Of a stretch of DNA of 17,031 nucleotides, positions 14,846 through 17,031 are shown piece by piece (positions within the stretch are counted from its first letter, which is position 1; each line of letters begins with the position of its first letter). Both the position numbers and the translations under genes were made by a program. The notes beneath the pieces are model-generated. The model worked only from the letters and a program-made list of their open reading frames with translations. It searched no databases and was not told where the DNA came from. The DNA is taken from NCBI GenBank assembly GCA_964449215.1, contig CAYVAH010000014.1, positions 1 to 17,031 on the forward strand. Reading direction: 5' to 3'. Origin of the DNA: Candidatus Undinarchaeota archaeon. Its GTDB lineage: Archaea; SpSt-1190.

Positions 14846-15450
14846 TGTTGCGGGGAGGGCGGTGCCGTGGCGGTATCCAGGTGGTTTCTGTAATGTGCCA
14901 GTAGCCTGTATAGCTGCTGCTCCACCGTGATTTTTCCCTTGTATTTTCGAAGCATTTTCTTGATCTCCCTGTGGATTTTCTCCTTTTTGTTTCCCCCGAC
15001 GGCCTGGTAAATGTCCAGAAGGTTCCTGGAGCTCGCATACCAGCGGTGGTCCCTCTCCTCCTCAAGGTGTTTTTTCAGGTGCTCCAGCACCTCTTCCTTG
15101 CTATGTCTTTCCGCTATTCGGGATACCCAGCGCCGGTAGAACTCCTTCAGTTCCTTTCTGTTCATCTGCAATTTGTGTATGAAAAAGCGGGTGTTGTGCC
15201 AGGCGCACCGCTCTTCAGACAGCCCGTTGCATGTTGTGGGGGTCCTGAAGCCATCATCACAATACTTCTTGAATGGGTCCTCCGCAGAGAGGTCCACTGA
15301 AAAATAAGGACAGGTGATCCCTGCTTTGTATATGACATAATCAAGTTCGGGTCCCCCGAGGAACGGGTGGTTGCTGTAGAGCCAGAGTAGCTTCTCGTCC
15401 CGTGGTCCCTCTCGTCGCTTCAGCTCTTTTGCGATTGCGTCCAGTTCCAC
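14842..15450 (-). CDS. Hypothetical protein with four Cys and a charged helical C-terminus
   Basis: 202-aa ORF fills the gap, K/E/R-rich like its neighbours; TTTTATT (15477-15471) lies about 20 nt before GTG 15450; stop overlaps the DUF134 stop (CTAG). Confidence 0.7.
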   Translation of the reverse strand: MELDAIAKELKRREGPRDEKLLWLYSNHPFLGGPELDYVIYKAGITCPYFSVDLSAEDPFKKYCDDGFRTPTTCNGLSEERCAWHNTRFFIHKLQMNRKELKEFYRRWVSRIAERHSKEEVLEHLKKHLEEERDHRWYASSRNLLDIYQAVGGNKKEKIHREIKKMLRKYKGKITVEQQLYRLLAHYRNHLDTATAPPSPQH

Positions 15451-15516
15451 TGCAGGTTTGTGGGAGGCACAATAAAAGGATAATGCTTAAATTCTACTCA
15501 TGGGTAAAAAGACCAT

Positions 15517-15578
15517 GCGGGGGTGTTCCCAAACACGGCTGTGAATGGGAACAGCCACTGCTCTGGAGGTGTTCTGGG
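15517..15578 (+). promoter_or_regulatory. Structured thrS 5' leader
   Basis: TATA-like GCTTAAAT at 15485-15492. TGTTCCCA (15524-15531) pairs with TGGGAACA (15546-15553), with an inner CAC/GTG stem and an outer extension, ending 3 nt before SD GGAGGTG (15565-15571). Confidence 0.55.
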
Positions 15579-17031
15579 TGAAAATTGAAGAGGTCTTATC
15601 CAAATTAGGTAAAGTGCTGGACTCCGGGAAGCGGGAAGAATTTTTGTGGTTTGATGTTCAGACAACACCCCTGACAAGGGAGGACTATGCATCCCTGGAA
15701 GAACGTTTCGAGAAAGCAGGGCACCACGTGAAGGTTCTGAACGCAGGCTCGGCGCTCAACAGGGTTACAGGGGAGGAAGTGCAGCGGGTCTGGCTGGTGG
15801 CTTTCAGGAGCAGGAAGGAACTCGAGCAGTGGATGGAGGAGTTTGAGGAGCGGAAAAAGAAGGACCACCGGTACATCGGGGAGCAGCTGGATTGGTTCCA
15901 CGTGCAGGAGGACATCCTCGGGCCGGGTCTGCCCTTGCTTCATCCAAAGGGTATGGTGATCCGCAATTCCCTCATAGAGCTTATGCGGGAGGTGAATTCC
16001 CGCCTGGGTGCGCAGGAAGTGTGGACGCCCCATATTGCCAAAGCGACGCTGTGGAAGATGAGCGGGCACTACGACCACTACCGTGACAAGATGTTCATAT
16101 GGGAGCAGGATGGTGAAGAATGGGGGATCAAGGCTATGAACTGCCCGATGCACATACAAATCTATCGCTTCCGTCCGCGGAGCTACAGGGAGCTCCCCAT
16201 CAGATATGCGGAGTTCGCCACCGTTTATCGCAAGGAGCAGTCCGGTGAGCTCCACGGTCTTTCCCGTGTCTGGTCCCTGACACAGGACGACCATCACTTC
16301 ATTGTTCGACCGGACCAGATAAAGGGCGAGGTGGTCCGGATACTCCGCGCCGCTCAGGGCGTGTATGAGCTGTTCGGGTTCCCATACAAGGTGAAGCTTG
16401 CCACAAAGCCTGATGATGCCATGGGCGACCCGAAATTGTGGGAGGAAGCGGAGCGGGGGTTGAAGGAGGCCCTGAAAGTGGCGGGTGTGGAGTATGAGCT
16501 CAAGCCCAAGGATGGAGCTTTCTACGGTCCAAAGATAGACATATACGTGAAGGATTCTATGGGCAGATGGTGGCAGCTCACCACAATACAGCTCGATTTC
16601 TTCATGCCGGAGAACTTTCACATGAGCTATGTTGATGCCAGTGGGAAGCGAAAACAGCCCGTTATCATTCACTTTGCCATCCTCGGCTCTCTGGAACGGT
16701 TCATGTCTGTGATAATTGAGCACACCGCCGGGAGGCTTCCTTTCTGGCTCGCCCCTGATCAGGTGCGTGTCTTGCCGGTGAGTGAGAGGCAGGCGGATTA
16801 TGCGCGGGAGGTAGTGAATGAGCTCCGGGGCCTTGGGGTGCGGGCGGAGCTGAGCGCAGGGGGGACTTTGAGCAAGAGGGTATTGCAGGCAGAGACTGAG
16901 AAGGTGGCTGTGATTGCCGTCGTCGGTGAAAAGGAGAAGCAGGCGGGCAAGGTCAGCATCAGGGGTGGAGAGACACTGAGCCGCGAAGAATTCAAAGAAA
17001 GGCTTTTGTTGGCTGTGATGGAGAGGAAGAT
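15578..17031 (+). CDS. thrS: Threonine--tRNA ligase, bacterial-type catalytic core with short N-terminal domain (3' end just outside the window)
   Basis: Translated by hand, since it is absent from the ORF track (no stop in window): KKDHRYIG, GPGLPLLHPKG, LWKMSGH, KAMNCPMH, RSYRELPIRYAEF, YRKEQSGELHGLSRV, QDDHH, GAFYGPKID, TIQLDF, IIHFAILGSLERF, PFWLAPDQV. GTG 15578 follows SD GGAGGTG; ATG 15545 is an alternative start. Confidence 0.96.
   Translation, partial: MKIEEVLSKLGKVLDSGKREEFLWFDVQTTPLTREDYASLEERFEKAGHHVKVLNAGSALNRVTGEEVQRVWLVAFRSRKELEQWMEEFEERKKKDHRYIGEQLDWFHVQEDILGPGLPLLHPKGMVIRNSLIELMREVNSRLGAQEVWTPHIAKATLWKMSGHYDHYRDKMFIWEQDGEEWGIKAMNCPMHIQIYRFRPRSYRELPIRYAEFATVYRKEQSGELHGLSRVWSLTQDDHHFIVRPDQIKGEVVRILRAAQGVYELFGFPYKVKLATKPDDAMGDPKLWEEAERGLKEALKVAGVEYELKPKDGAFYGPKIDIYVKDSMGRWWQLTTIQLDFFMPENFHMSYVDASGKRKQPVIIHFAILGSLERFMSVIIEHTAGRLPFWLAPDQVRVLPVSERQADYAREVVNELRGLGVRAELSAGGTLSKRVLQAETEKVAVIAVVGEKEKQAGKVSIRGGETLSREEFKERLLLAVMERK

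Noticed and set aside
15500..15547. In-frame TGA before thrS as a selenocysteine or readthrough codon
   Set aside because: The upstream peptide has no ThrRS similarity, there is no archaeal SECIS-type GAA/A motif in a suitable position, and a strong SD supports GTG 15578.
15515..15577. T-box riboswitch or classical Thr attenuator
   Set aside because: It is too short, lacks the UGGNACC T-box bulge, and has no run of Thr codons or U-tailed terminator.
15605..16723. 372-aa minus-strand ORF
   Set aside because: It is the antisense shadow of thrS, a common feature of synthetase genes.

Overview
Gene-dense archaeal chromosome segment (TATA/BRE promoters, many apparently leaderless genes, archaeal GluRS, AglB and type IA topoisomerase; compact genes suggest a DPANN-like lineage, which is inference). 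Left to right: a box C/D guide sRNA (minus, ~20-110) whose two guides match adjacent 23S rRNA H69-H71 sites and which carries an unusual 45-nt two-hairpin insert; an RHH-fused nucleotidyltransferase-like protein lacking the catalytic signature; cmk; aglB; divergent topA; a two-gene surface-protein unit (1548-aa acidic Cys-rich protein of about 12 Ig-like modules with no anchor, plus a small single-module membrane-anchored stalk protein); a gltX-amrS-hypothetical operon; a DUF5320-DUF134 pair behind a perfect 16-bp palindrome; a Cys-containing orphan; and a bacterial-type thrS (missing from the ORF track, runs off the right end) with an eroded editing domain and a 5' leader that can fold in mutually exclusive ways, one hiding the ribosome-binding site. 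No CRISPR, tRNA, rRNA or transposase was seen.
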